Below are positions 1-8,058 of a DNA stretch of 64,000 bases, piece by piece. Under the pieces are notes generated by a model. The model was given only the letters and a program-made list of their open reading frames with translations, was not told where the DNA came from and made no database searches. Both the position numbers and the translations under genes were made by a program. Source of the stretch: Acetobacteraceae bacterium (GTDB lineage Bacteria > Pseudomonadota > Alphaproteobacteria > Acetobacterales > Acetobacteraceae); contig CANJJS010000013.1 in assembly GCA_947474705.1 (NCBI GenBank), positions 508 to 64,507 of the forward strand, given 5' to 3'. How positions within the stretch are numbered: the stretch's first letter is position 1; the number at the start of each line of letters is the position of its first letter.

Positions 1-631
1 TCCCTTCGAGCTTTTCGGGATCTTCGCCTTCTCCGTCCTGGTCTTGCTCGCCGCCACGAGCCACGATTTTTGGCTGCGGTTTCTGACGCCGCGCGTGTGG
101 AAAACGCTCCACATGCTGCTCTATGCCGCCTATGCCTCCGTCGTCGCCCATATCGCGCTCGGCGCGCTTCAGGCCGCCGCCAACCCCCTGCTCGCCATCG
201 TCGTCCTGGCCTGCGCCACGACCGTCGCCACGCTCCATATTTTCGCGTCTCGCCGCCGTGCCGAAACGGCCGCGATCGTCGGTGCCTGGCTTGACGCCGG
301 GCCGGTCGACGCCATCGCCGAAGACCACGGCATCGTCGTTACCCCCCCCAAAGGCGAGGCCATCGCCATCTTCCGCCACGCCGGCCGCCTCTCCGCCGTG
401 ACAAATCTCTGCGCCCACCAGAACGGCCCGCTGGGCGAGGGCCGCGTCGTCGATGGCTGCATCACCTGCCCGTGGCACGGCTACCAATACCGCCTCGAAG
501 ACGGGTGCGCCCCGCCGCCCTTCACCGAAAAACTCGCCACCTACCGCCTGCGCATCGCCGAGGGCCGGGTCCAGGTCGATCCTGTCGCCAATCCGCCGGG
601 CACCCTCGTCGAACCGGTGACCATCCCATGA
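1..631 (+). CDS. Ferric-reductase-like (MsrQ/YedZ-type) transmembrane domain fused to a C-terminal Rieske [2Fe-2S] domain; 5' end lies outside the window
   Basis: Frame 2 is open from the window edge (track ORF 44..631 starts at an internal TTG). Hydrophobic helices with conserved His (ATSHDFW, LHMLLYAAY, VVAHIALG) are followed by Rieske motifs CAHQNGPL...CPWHGYQY. Confidence 0.75.
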   Translation, partial: PFELFGIFAFSVLVLLAATSHDFWLRFLTPRVWKTLHMLLYAAYASVVAHIALGALQAAANPLLAIVVLACATTVATLHIFASRRRAETAAIVGAWLDAGPVDAIAEDHGIVVTPPKGEAIAIFRHAGRLSAVTNLCAHQNGPLGEGRVVDGCITCPWHGYQYRLEDGCAPPPFTEKLATYRLRIAEGRVQVDPVANPPGTLVEPVTIP

Positions 632-1335
632 CCCCGTTCTTCATCGGTTGGTCCGCCCGGAGCGGGCTGCGCGCCCTTGGCTTCCTCAGCCCCATCGTCG
701 TCGCGCTTTTGACATGCTTCGGTGCCTTGGCCTTCGCCCTGGCCGTCGTGTCCGACGATCCCGGCGGCGGCGATGTCATCGGCGAAATGCGGATCGAGGG
801 CACGCTGATCGCCGACCCCTATCCAATGATCGTCACCGACGCGGGCCACACGATCCTGCTGTCCGGCGGCGGCAAAAGCGGCATCCAGGACGAGGCCCGC
901 CCCCTCGACGGCAAACGCGTCAAGGCCTTCGGCGGTCACGCCCGCCGCGGCGACCGCGACATGCTGCTGGTCTACGAACTCTCCGCCGCATCGGGCGAGG
1001 GCAGGGCGCCCACCCGCGAGCCCCTGGGCTCCTGGCGCCTCACCGGAGAAATCTGCGACGGCAAATGCGTGCTGGGCGTCATGCGGCCCGGTAATAAGCC
1101 GGTGCACAAAGCCTGCGCCAACGTATGCTTCATCGGTGGCGTCCCCCCGGTCTTCGTCGCCACGACCCCGGTGGCGGGCACACGTTATTTGCTGATGGGC
1201 GGGCCCGACAACCGCGCATTGCCTGACGCCGCGCGAGACCATATGGCCGCGCTACGCCGCATGGATGGCACGCTGGAACGAATCGGCGACGCCATCGTTT
1301 TCCGCGCCGACATCGCCACGGCTGTCGTCCCATGA
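628..1335 (+). CDS. Hypothetical membrane-anchored protein with a Cys-rich motif (CDGKC...HKACANVC)
   Basis: Internal ATG of track ORF 472..1335. It overlaps the upstream stop as ATGA (628-631). N-terminal TM helix LGFLSPIVVALLTCFGALAFALAVV. No family recognised. Confidence 0.6.
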   Translation: MTPFFIGWSARSGLRALGFLSPIVVALLTCFGALAFALAVVSDDPGGGDVIGEMRIEGTLIADPYPMIVTDAGHTILLSGGGKSGIQDEARPLDGKRVKAFGGHARRGDRDMLLVYELSAASGEGRAPTREPLGSWRLTGEICDGKCVLGVMRPGNKPVHKACANVCFIGGVPPVFVATTPVAGTRYLLMGGPDNRALPDAARDHMAALRRMDGTLERIGDAIVFRADIATAVVP

Positions 1336-1508
1336 ACCCCCGCGCCGCCGCCATGATATTGGGCGCTTGCGCCACCGCCTGGCTGGCGAGCCAATATGGC
1401 CCCGTCCTCCTGGAAAAGACCGGTCTCGGCGAGTTCGGGATCGTCGGCCAGCTCTGTTTCGCGGTGCTCGGCCTGTCGGTCCTGGAGCGCGTGTTCGCCC
1501 GCTTCTGA
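1332..1508 (+). CDS. Possible 58-aa small hydrophobic protein (below the ORF-track size cut-off)
   Basis: Hand translation gives MNPRAAAMILGACATAWLASQYGPVLLEKTGLGEFGIVGQLCFAVLGLSVLERVFARF. ATG overlaps the upstream stop as ATGA (1332-1335). Two hydrophobic segments. No homology evidence. Confidence 0.35.
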   Translation: MNPRAAAMILGACATAWLASQYGPVLLEKTGLGEFGIVGQLCFAVLGLSVLERVFARF

Positions 1509-1577
1509 CCGGCGGGTGACAAACCGCTCCCGTCCGGCCAGGCTGGCACCCCCACCGCACCCGACAGGTCCGAGCCC

Positions 1578-2498
1578 ATGCCCATTCGCGAACCCGATCA
1601 CTGGCGTTTCCAGTTCTTCGACCGCGTTCCATGCCCGGACAACGTCGCGATCCCCACCAAAGACCCCGACGCCTGGACTCTGTTCCCCGCGCATCGCTGG
1701 ATATACGACAAACTGGCGGTCGCCCTGTCGCAAGGCCTCGACGCCGCGCCGCACGGGGTCCTGCCGCCGTTTTATCCTGTATTTTCGAAACCCATGGTCA
1801 ACCTGCGCAGCATGGGCGCGGGCAGCCAGGCCATCGCGTCGGAAGCCGAGTATCTCCAGGCCCAAACCGCCGGCCATTTCTGGTGCACGCTGCTCACCGG
1901 CGCGCATGTCTCCACCGACGCCGCGCTGGTCGATGGCATCCCCCGCTGGTGGCGTCACGCGACCGGCGAGGCCATGCCGGGCGGAACCTTCGATCATTGG
2001 CACATTCACCCCGGCGCCATGCCCGAGATCGAGTCCTGGTGCGGTGCCTGGTCCGCGAAACACCTTCGCGGCTACACCGGCATGGTAAACTTCGAAACGA
2101 TCGGCGGGCGCATTATCGAGGCGCATCTCCGCTTCGCCGACCAATGGCCCGACCTTTACGGTCCAGGCTGGGTGGAGGCGTTGATCGGCCTCTACGCGCA
2201 CGGCGTATGGAATTTCCCGGACACGGATCGCCGCGACGGATACAGCGTCGTGGACTTCCTGCCGCATGGACCGCGCTACCGCTACCCGCCGCCGGACGTG
2301 GTGGCGGAGGTCGAGGCGATGGACGGAATTTCCAGCGTGCAATTGTCGTTCCACGAGGGCCGCGACCCGGCATCGCACTCGATGCCACCAGGCGGATTCC
2401 GGGTGACAACGGTGAACGCGCACGCGCTGGAGGCGGGGAGGGCGGGCCGAGAGGTTTTGCGGCGGGCGATCTTGCGGGCGTCCGGTTTGGCGGGGTGA
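1578..2498 (+). CDS. ATP-grasp-like domain protein (hypothetical)
   Basis: 306-aa ORF with ATG start. The C-terminal half has an ATP-grasp-like pattern (MVNFETIGGRIIEAHLRFADQW), and the sequence lacks the R/P/G-rich low-complexity look of the spurious ORFs. Family assignment is by eye only. Confidence 0.55.
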   Translation: MPIREPDHWRFQFFDRVPCPDNVAIPTKDPDAWTLFPAHRWIYDKLAVALSQGLDAAPHGVLPPFYPVFSKPMVNLRSMGAGSQAIASEAEYLQAQTAGHFWCTLLTGAHVSTDAALVDGIPRWWRHATGEAMPGGTFDHWHIHPGAMPEIESWCGAWSAKHLRGYTGMVNFETIGGRIIEAHLRFADQWPDLYGPGWVEALIGLYAHGVWNFPDTDRRDGYSVVDFLPHGPRYRYPPPDVVAEVEAMDGISSVQLSFHEGRDPASHSMPPGGFRVTTVNAHALEAGRAGREVLRRAILRASGLAG

Positions 2499-2618
2499 AC
2501 GGCCCGGCGAAGGGGCAGCCGGTTCCGATCGCCGGCCGCCGCCGTTGCCTTTCCCAGTAACCACTCCCGGCGGTCGAACCCGGCGCGTTAACCCTTTCTC
2601 AACTCCTCCCGGCCATCA

Positions 2619-3494
2619 ATGGCCTCCGCCATGAGCCGCCGCCGCCACATCTTCGCCCTCGTTTTGACCTTGTCTCTCTGGGGACGCTCCCCCACGCTCG
2701 CCGCCGACCTCAAAATCGCCACCTGGAATCTCAACTGGCTCACCTCCCGCCAGGCCGATCTCCCCGCCGATGTCGTGATCCGCGTGCAAGAGGACTTCGA
2801 TCGCCTCCGCGCCTACGCGCTCGAACTGAACGCCGACGTGATCGCCATCCAGGAAGTCGACAACGCCGAAACCGCCCGCCGCGTCTTCCCCCCCGATACC
2901 TGGTCCATTCACATGACCCGCGACCGTGTCCGCCAGCGTGTCGGCATCGCGATCCGCCGTGGTCTTCGCTACGACATCAACCCGGACCTCGTCGCGCTCG
3001 CCCTCGACCCCGTCGCCCGCCTGCGCAGCGGCGTCGATGTCACCCTCCATTTGCCGGGCGGTCCGTTGCGCATTCTCGCCGTGCATTTGAAGCAGGGGTG
3101 TCAGTATCTTCCGTATGGCAAGAAGCCGAACCTCACATGCCTTACTCTGATGGCCCAGTTCGACATTGTCGCCCAATGGATCGCCGCCCGCCGCGACGAA
3201 AAAATCCCCTTTCTGTTCCTGGGAGACCTTAATCGCGGTATGGACAAGAAGCGCGACCCCTTCGCCGCCAAACTCATGCCTTTGACACGCGTCACCACCG
3301 GTTACAGCAGCCCCTGTTGGAACGAGCACGACGCCTTCATCGACCACATCATGGCCGGCGGGGGCGCCGAGGCCTGGATCAAGCCCGGCACCCTGAAAGT
3401 GCTCACCTACCGCGAGACCGACCCCGCCTGGAAACGCCGTCTGTCCGATCATTGCCCGGTCTCCGTGCGTCTGACCGCGCCGGATTCACCCTGA
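2619..3494 (+). CDS. Endonuclease/exonuclease/phosphatase (EEP) family protein, secreted
   Basis: Signal peptide (RRRHIFALVLTLSLWGRSPTLAA). EEP motifs: IATWNLNWL, DVIAIQEV, LGDLNR and a C-terminal SDHCPVSVRL. Confidence 0.8.
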   Translation: MASAMSRRRHIFALVLTLSLWGRSPTLAADLKIATWNLNWLTSRQADLPADVVIRVQEDFDRLRAYALELNADVIAIQEVDNAETARRVFPPDTWSIHMTRDRVRQRVGIAIRRGLRYDINPDLVALALDPVARLRSGVDVTLHLPGGPLRILAVHLKQGCQYLPYGKKPNLTCLTLMAQFDIVAQWIAARRDEKIPFLFLGDLNRGMDKKRDPFAAKLMPLTRVTTGYSSPCWNEHDAFIDHIMAGGGAEAWIKPGTLKVLTYRETDPAWKRRLSDHCPVSVRLTAPDSP

Positions 3495-3554
3495 CTTGTC
3501 TTGGCCAGACCGGTCCCTTAGGGTCCGGCGCCTAAAGCCCAGGAGTGACGCGCG

Positions 3555-3989
3555 ATGACGAAAATTCTGATTGTGCATGGGGCCGGCATGAACATGCGCG
3601 GCAAAGTGCAAACCGAAATCTTCGGCAAAATGACGCTGCCGGAATACGACGCCAAAATCCGCGAATATGCCGCCGAACTGGGCCTCGACATCGAAATCTT
3701 CCACTCCAACATCGAAGGCGAGGTCGTGAACAAGTTCTACGCCGCCAACGACGCGGGCGTGGACGCGGCGATCTTCAACCCCGCCGGCTTCTCCCGCGGT
3801 TACCCCGCGCTGACGGCGGCGATCGGACAGGTGAAATTCCCGACCATCGAAGTCCATATCTCCAACCCCCTCCGCCGCGGCCCCGCCTCCGACACCTCCG
3901 GAGTCAGCCTGGGCTTTGTCGCGGGTTACGGCGTTGCCGGATATTACCTCGCCCTCCGGGGTCTGAAGGACATGCTGGCCTCGAAATGA
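3555..3989 (+). CDS. Type II 3-dehydroquinate dehydratase (AroQ) family protein, divergent paralog
   Basis: AGGAG 9 nt upstream of the ATG. AroQ-like blocks: KILIVHGAGMNMRG, IEIFHSNIEGE, AIFNPAGFS, EVHISNP. The canonical lid Tyr aligns with Phe (TEIFG); see findings. Confidence 0.75.
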   Translation: MTKILIVHGAGMNMRGKVQTEIFGKMTLPEYDAKIREYAAELGLDIEIFHSNIEGEVVNKFYAANDAGVDAAIFNPAGFSRGYPALTAAIGQVKFPTIEVHISNPLRRGPASDTSGVSLGFVAGYGVAGYYLALRGLKDMLASK

Positions 3990-6900
3990 CGGAACTCGGG
4001 TTTGGGCTCGCGTTCGCGGACCTCGCGACGCGGGAGGGGCTGACGCGGCTCGACCGTATCTTCGTCGACGTCCTGGCCAAGGCGGATACAGCGCTGCACG
4101 CGCGGCTGATGACCGCGCGCGCCAGTCCGGACGCGATGCCGATTAAAGACGAATCCGCCCTGATCGTCGATCTCGGCCCGCATCTGGACGGCTTCGTCGC
4201 CACCCTGTTCGGCATCGAGTCCGAAACGGCCGCGGTGCTGGCGGAAACACTCCGCCTCGACCCCGTCCACGCGTGCAAACGCCTGTTCGTGCAACGCCAG
4301 GCCGTGAAAAAATACCCGGACCCCTCGTCTTTCGACGGCCCGGCCCTGCGCGCGTCCCTGGAAACCCGCTTCGGCGCGCCGTTCTCCGAGCCCGTTTTCG
4401 CCGCTTCCGTGACCGCCTGGGAAAAAGACCCCAACCCCGAAGCCCTCGACGACGCTCTCCGCTACGCCGCCTGGGCCACCCTGACCCCCGCCGGCCGTGC
4501 CGCGCACCGGAACGACACGCTGTTCCGCGTTCCCCACCGGGTCGATCCCCAGCATTTGGTTCCCGTCGAAACCATCGTCCGCGACGGCGTGACCATGCTC
4601 CGCCTGCCCGAACACGACTGGCGCCATCGCGAGGGCTTCGGCCTGACCGACCACGGCATGAACGGCCAACAAGCTCTCGATCAGATCAATTACTGCATCT
4701 GGTGCCACACGCAGGGCAAGGATTCCTGTAGCCGAGGCCTCACCGACCGCAAAACCGGCGCGTTTCAGAAATCTCCCTTCGGCGTGACTTTGGCGGGCTG
4801 CCCGCTGGACGAGAAAATTTCCGAAATGCACACGTTGCGTGCGGCGGGCCACGTGCTCGGCGCTTTCGCGACGATCGCCATCGACAACCCGATGATGGCG
4901 GCGACCGGGCATCGCATCTGCAACGACTGCATGAAAGCCTGCATTTACCAAAAGCAGGAACCCGTCGATATCCCGCAGGCCGAAACCCGCATCCTGAAAG
5001 ACGTCCTGGACCTCCCCTGGGGGTTCGAGATCTACGCGCTTCTCACCCGCTGGAACCCGCTGGACATCCGCCGCCCCCTGCCGAAACCCGACAGCGGCCG
5101 CAAAGTCCTGATCGTCGGCCTCGGCCCCGCCGGATTCACCTTGGCGCACCATCTGATGAACGACGGCCACACAATCGTCGCCGTCGACGGCCTGAAAATC
5201 GAGCCTTTGGGCATCGATCCCCGCACGCCCGTCCGCGACACCGAGACTCTGTTCGAAGATCTCGACGACCGCGTGATGGCGGGCTTCGGCGGCGTCGCCG
5301 AATACGGCATCACCGTGCGCTGGAACAAGAATTACCTGAAACTCGTGCGTTTGCTACTGGAACGGCGCGAAACCTTCGCCCATTTCGGAGGAGTCCGTTT
5401 CGGCGGCGGCGCGACCTTGACCATCGACGACGCCTGGTCGATGGGCTTCGATCATATCGCTTTGTGCATGGGCGCCGGAAAACCCACCGTTCTCGATATC
5501 CCGAACGGCCTCGCCCGTGGCGTCCGTCAGGCGTCCGATTTCCTGATGGCGCTGCAACTGACCGGCGCCGCGAAGACCTCCTCGATCGCCAATCTGCAAT
5601 TGCGCCTGCCCGTCGTCGTGATCGGCGGCGGCCTGACGGCGATCGACACCGCGACCGAAAGTCTCGCCTATTACGTCCGCCAGGTCGAGAAATTCGCTGC
5701 CCGTCACACGGCTTTGGGTGTCGAACCCCGTTGGACCGAGGAAGAAAAAGCCGTCGCCACCGAATTCCTCGCCCATGCCGCCGCGATCGCCGAGGAACGC
5801 GCCAAAGCCGCCGCGGAAGGCCGCGCACCCCGCCTCGCCGCGCTGCTGGACTCCTGGGGCGGCGCCACTGTCGCCTATCGCCGCCGTCTGGTCGACAGCC
5901 CGTCCTACACGCTGAATCACGAGGAAGTCGCCAAGGCCCTGGAAGAAGGCGTGCGTTTCGCCGAGGGTCTGACCCCGAAAGCCGTGACTCTCGATCGCTT
6001 CGGTCACGCCGTGGCGTTGGAAGTCACGTCCGCCGATGGCACCGCCGTCACGCTTCCCGCGCGTGCCATCCTGGTCGCCGCCGGCACGCAGCCAAACACC
6101 GTTCTCGCCCGCGAGGACGGCAGGATCGAACTGGACGGCCGCTATTTCCAGGCCGTCGACGAGACCGGCGCGAAAGTCGCGCCGGTACGTGGACTCGCCA
6201 AGCCGGACGAGAGCCATGTTCTGATGCACAAAGCCCCGGATGGGCGCTTCATCAGCTTTTTCGGAGATTTGCACCCAAGCTTCTTCGGCAACGTGGTCAA
6301 GGCCATGGGCGGCGCGAAACGCGGCTATCCCCTTGTGTCCCGCGTTTTGAACGGCATCCCCGCGTCGAATGTCTCTGGCCGCGACCTGATGCGCCGTTGC
6401 CGCAACGATCTGACCGCCCGCGTCCATGCCGTGCATCGCCTGACCCCGACCATCGTGGAAGTCGTCGTTCACGCCCCCGCCGCCGCCCGCGCCTTCAGCC
6501 CCGGCCAGTTCTACCGCCTGCAGAACTTCGAGGTGCTGGCGCCGCGGATCGACGGCACGACCTTGAACATGGAAGGCCTGGCCATGACCGGCGCCTGGAC
6601 CGATCCGGAAAAGGGTCTGGTCAGCGTCATCGCGCTGGAGATGGGTGGAAGTTCCGATCTTTGCGCGGTGCTGCGCCCCGGCGAACCCGTGATCCTCATG
6701 GGCCCCACCGGCATGCCCACCGAAATCCATCCCAACACCACGGTCGCGCTTGTCGGCGGCGGGCTGGGCAACGCCGTCCTGTTCTCCATCGGCGCCGCGA
6801 CCCGCGCCGCTGGATCGAAAGTCATCTACTTCGCCGGATACAAGGCTGCCCGGGATAGATACAAAGTCGAGGATATCGAACGCGCCGCCGATGTCATCGT

Positions 6901-7381
6901 CTGGTGCTGCGACGAGGCGCCAGGCTTCACACCGTCGCGCGCTCAGGACAAATCGTTCGTCGGGAATATTGTTGAGGCTATGCGCGCGTACGGCGCGGGG
7001 GAATTGGGCGAGCAGGCGGTGCCCCTGAAGGACGCCACCAACATGATTGTCATCGGCTCCGACCGCATGATGCGCGCGGTTGGCCAGGCGCGGCACGGCG
7101 TTCTGGCACCCTTCCTGAATCCGAACCATGCCGCCATCGGATCGATCAACTCGCCGATGCAGTGCATGATGAAGGAAGTGTGCGCCCAGTGTCTGCAAGC
7201 CCATGTCGATCCCGTCACGGGCGAGCGGACCGTTGTTTTCTCCTGCTTCAATCAGGATCAGGGGCTGGATGTCGTGGACTTCTCCGTGCTGCGCGAACGG
7301 CTCGGCCAAAACGGCACGCAGGAAAAACTCACCGCCCTTTGGATCGACCGCGCGCTGCGCCAAACCGGATTGCGAGTCTGA
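3986..7381 (+). CDS. Large FAD/NAD(P)-dependent iron-sulfur oxidoreductase: unknown N-terminal domain + GltD/NfnB-like module + PyrK/NfnA-like module
   Basis: Internal ATG (MTELGFG) overlaps the AroQ-like stop as ATGA. Cys clusters: NYCIWCHTQGKDSCSRG, GCPLDEKISE, RICNDCMKACIYQ. Dinucleotide folds: VLIVGLGPAGFTLAH, VVVIGGGLTAID. C-terminal ferredoxin-reductase-like part carries a 2Fe-2S-type motif (PMQCMMKEVCAQC...FSCFNQDQ). Confidence 0.8.
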   Translation: MTELGFGLAFADLATREGLTRLDRIFVDVLAKADTALHARLMTARASPDAMPIKDESALIVDLGPHLDGFVATLFGIESETAAVLAETLRLDPVHACKRLFVQRQAVKKYPDPSSFDGPALRASLETRFGAPFSEPVFAASVTAWEKDPNPEALDDALRYAAWATLTPAGRAAHRNDTLFRVPHRVDPQHLVPVETIVRDGVTMLRLPEHDWRHREGFGLTDHGMNGQQALDQINYCIWCHTQGKDSCSRGLTDRKTGAFQKSPFGVTLAGCPLDEKISEMHTLRAAGHVLGAFATIAIDNPMMAATGHRICNDCMKACIYQKQEPVDIPQAETRILKDVLDLPWGFEIYALLTRWNPLDIRRPLPKPDSGRKVLIVGLGPAGFTLAHHLMNDGHTIVAVDGLKIEPLGIDPRTPVRDTETLFEDLDDRVMAGFGGVAEYGITVRWNKNYLKLVRLLLERRETFAHFGGVRFGGGATLTIDDAWSMGFDHIALCMGAGKPTVLDIPNGLARGVRQASDFLMALQLTGAAKTSSIANLQLRLPVVVIGGGLTAIDTATESLAYYVRQVEKFAARHTALGVEPRWTEEEKAVATEFLAHAAAIAEERAKAAAEGRAPRLAALLDSWGGATVAYRRRLVDSPSYTLNHEEVAKALEEGVRFAEGLTPKAVTLDRFGHAVALEVTSADGTAVTLPARAILVAAGTQPNTVLAREDGRIELDGRYFQAVDETGAKVAPVRGLAKPDESHVLMHKAPDGRFISFFGDLHPSFFGNVVKAMGGAKRGYPLVSRVLNGIPASNVSGRDLMRRCRNDLTARVHAVHRLTPTIVEVVVHAPAAARAFSPGQFYRLQNFEVLAPRIDGTTLNMEGLAMTGAWTDPEKGLVSVIALEMGGSSDLCAVLRPGEPVILMGPTGMPTEIHPNTTVALVGGGLGNAVLFSIGAATRAAGSKVIYFAGYKAARDRYKVEDIERAADVIVWCCDEAPGFTPSRAQDKSFVGNIVEAMRAYGAGELGEQAVPLKDATNMIVIGSDRMMRAVGQARHGVLAPFLNPNHAAIGSINSPMQCMMKEVCAQCLQAHVDPVTGERTVVFSCFNQDQGLDVVDFSVLRERLGQNGTQEKLTALWIDRALRQTGLRV

Positions 7382-8058
7382 TGCCCCCACCCGTTGGCCC
7401 CGAGGTCGATACCACGCCGCGGCCGTTGCCGTCCCGTAACGCCATCCGCGGCCAGTACGCCGTCCTTGAACCCCTGCACAAACGCCATGCTGAGGAACTC
7501 TGGCACGCGGCACAGGGCGCCGATGAAAGCTGGACTTATCTGAATTGCGGACCTTTTGGGTCCCTCGCCGCCATGTCCGCCTATATCTCCGCCTTCGCCA
7601 CCGATCAAACCCGCGTCGCCTGGGCTGTCCGCCCCGTCGCGACCGGCGTCGCTTCCGGCTGGCTCTCGCTGCTGGATATCCAACCCGCGAACGCCGCCGT
7701 CGAACTGGGCAATATTTGGTTCGCCCCGGTCATGCAACGAACCCGCGCGGCGACAGAGGCGATGTTTCTCCCGCTCCGCCACGCCGCCGACGATCTCGGC
7801 TACCGGCGCCTTGTCTGGAAATGTAACTCTCTGAACGCCCCCTCCAAACGCGCCGCGGAACGTCTGGGCTTCACGTACGAGGGCTGTCACCGCATGCATC
7901 TCGTCGCCAAGGGCCATCGCCGCGACAGCGACTGGTACAGCATTATCGAAGACGAATGGCCCTCCCGCCGCGACGCTATTCTGACTTGGCTGTCCCCGGA
8001 CAATTTCGACTCCGGGGGAACAGCGATACGCGGCCTGGCCGAGATACGCGGCGGCTAA
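7381..8058 (+). CDS. GNAT family N-acetyltransferase (RimJ/RimL-like)
   Basis: ATG overlaps the upstream stop (TGATG at 7379-7383). GNAT blocks: VELGNIWFAPVMQRTRAATEAMFL, YRRLVWKCNSLNAPSKRAAERLGFTYEG. Confidence 0.8.
   Translation: MPPPVGPEVDTTPRPLPSRNAIRGQYAVLEPLHKRHAEELWHAAQGADESWTYLNCGPFGSLAAMSAYISAFATDQTRVAWAVRPVATGVASGWLSLLDIQPANAAVELGNIWFAPVMQRTRAATEAMFLPLRHAADDLGYRRLVWKCNSLNAPSKRAAERLGFTYEGCHRMHLVAKGHRRDSDWYSIIEDEWPSRRDAILTWLSPDNFDSGGTAIRGLAEIRGG

Noticed and set aside
2587-2601. CtrA-box-like TTAACCCTTTCTCAA (TTAA-N7-TCAA) upstream of the EEP nuclease gene, plus a scan for TTAA-N7-TTAA near ftsZ, ftsQ/ftsA and fliX
   Set aside because: The second half-site is mismatched, and no full TTAA-N7-TTAA was seen upstream of the division or flagellar genes. 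A single half-match is not evidence.
5354-7513. 719-aa minus-strand ORF, and similar ones at 1185-2564, 13340-14698, 38148-39803, 40813-42561, 46865-49099 and 24868-26547
   Set aside because: All lie antisense or out of frame to genes with clear family motifs. All have Arg/Gly/Pro/Ala-dominated composition. They are high-GC artefacts.
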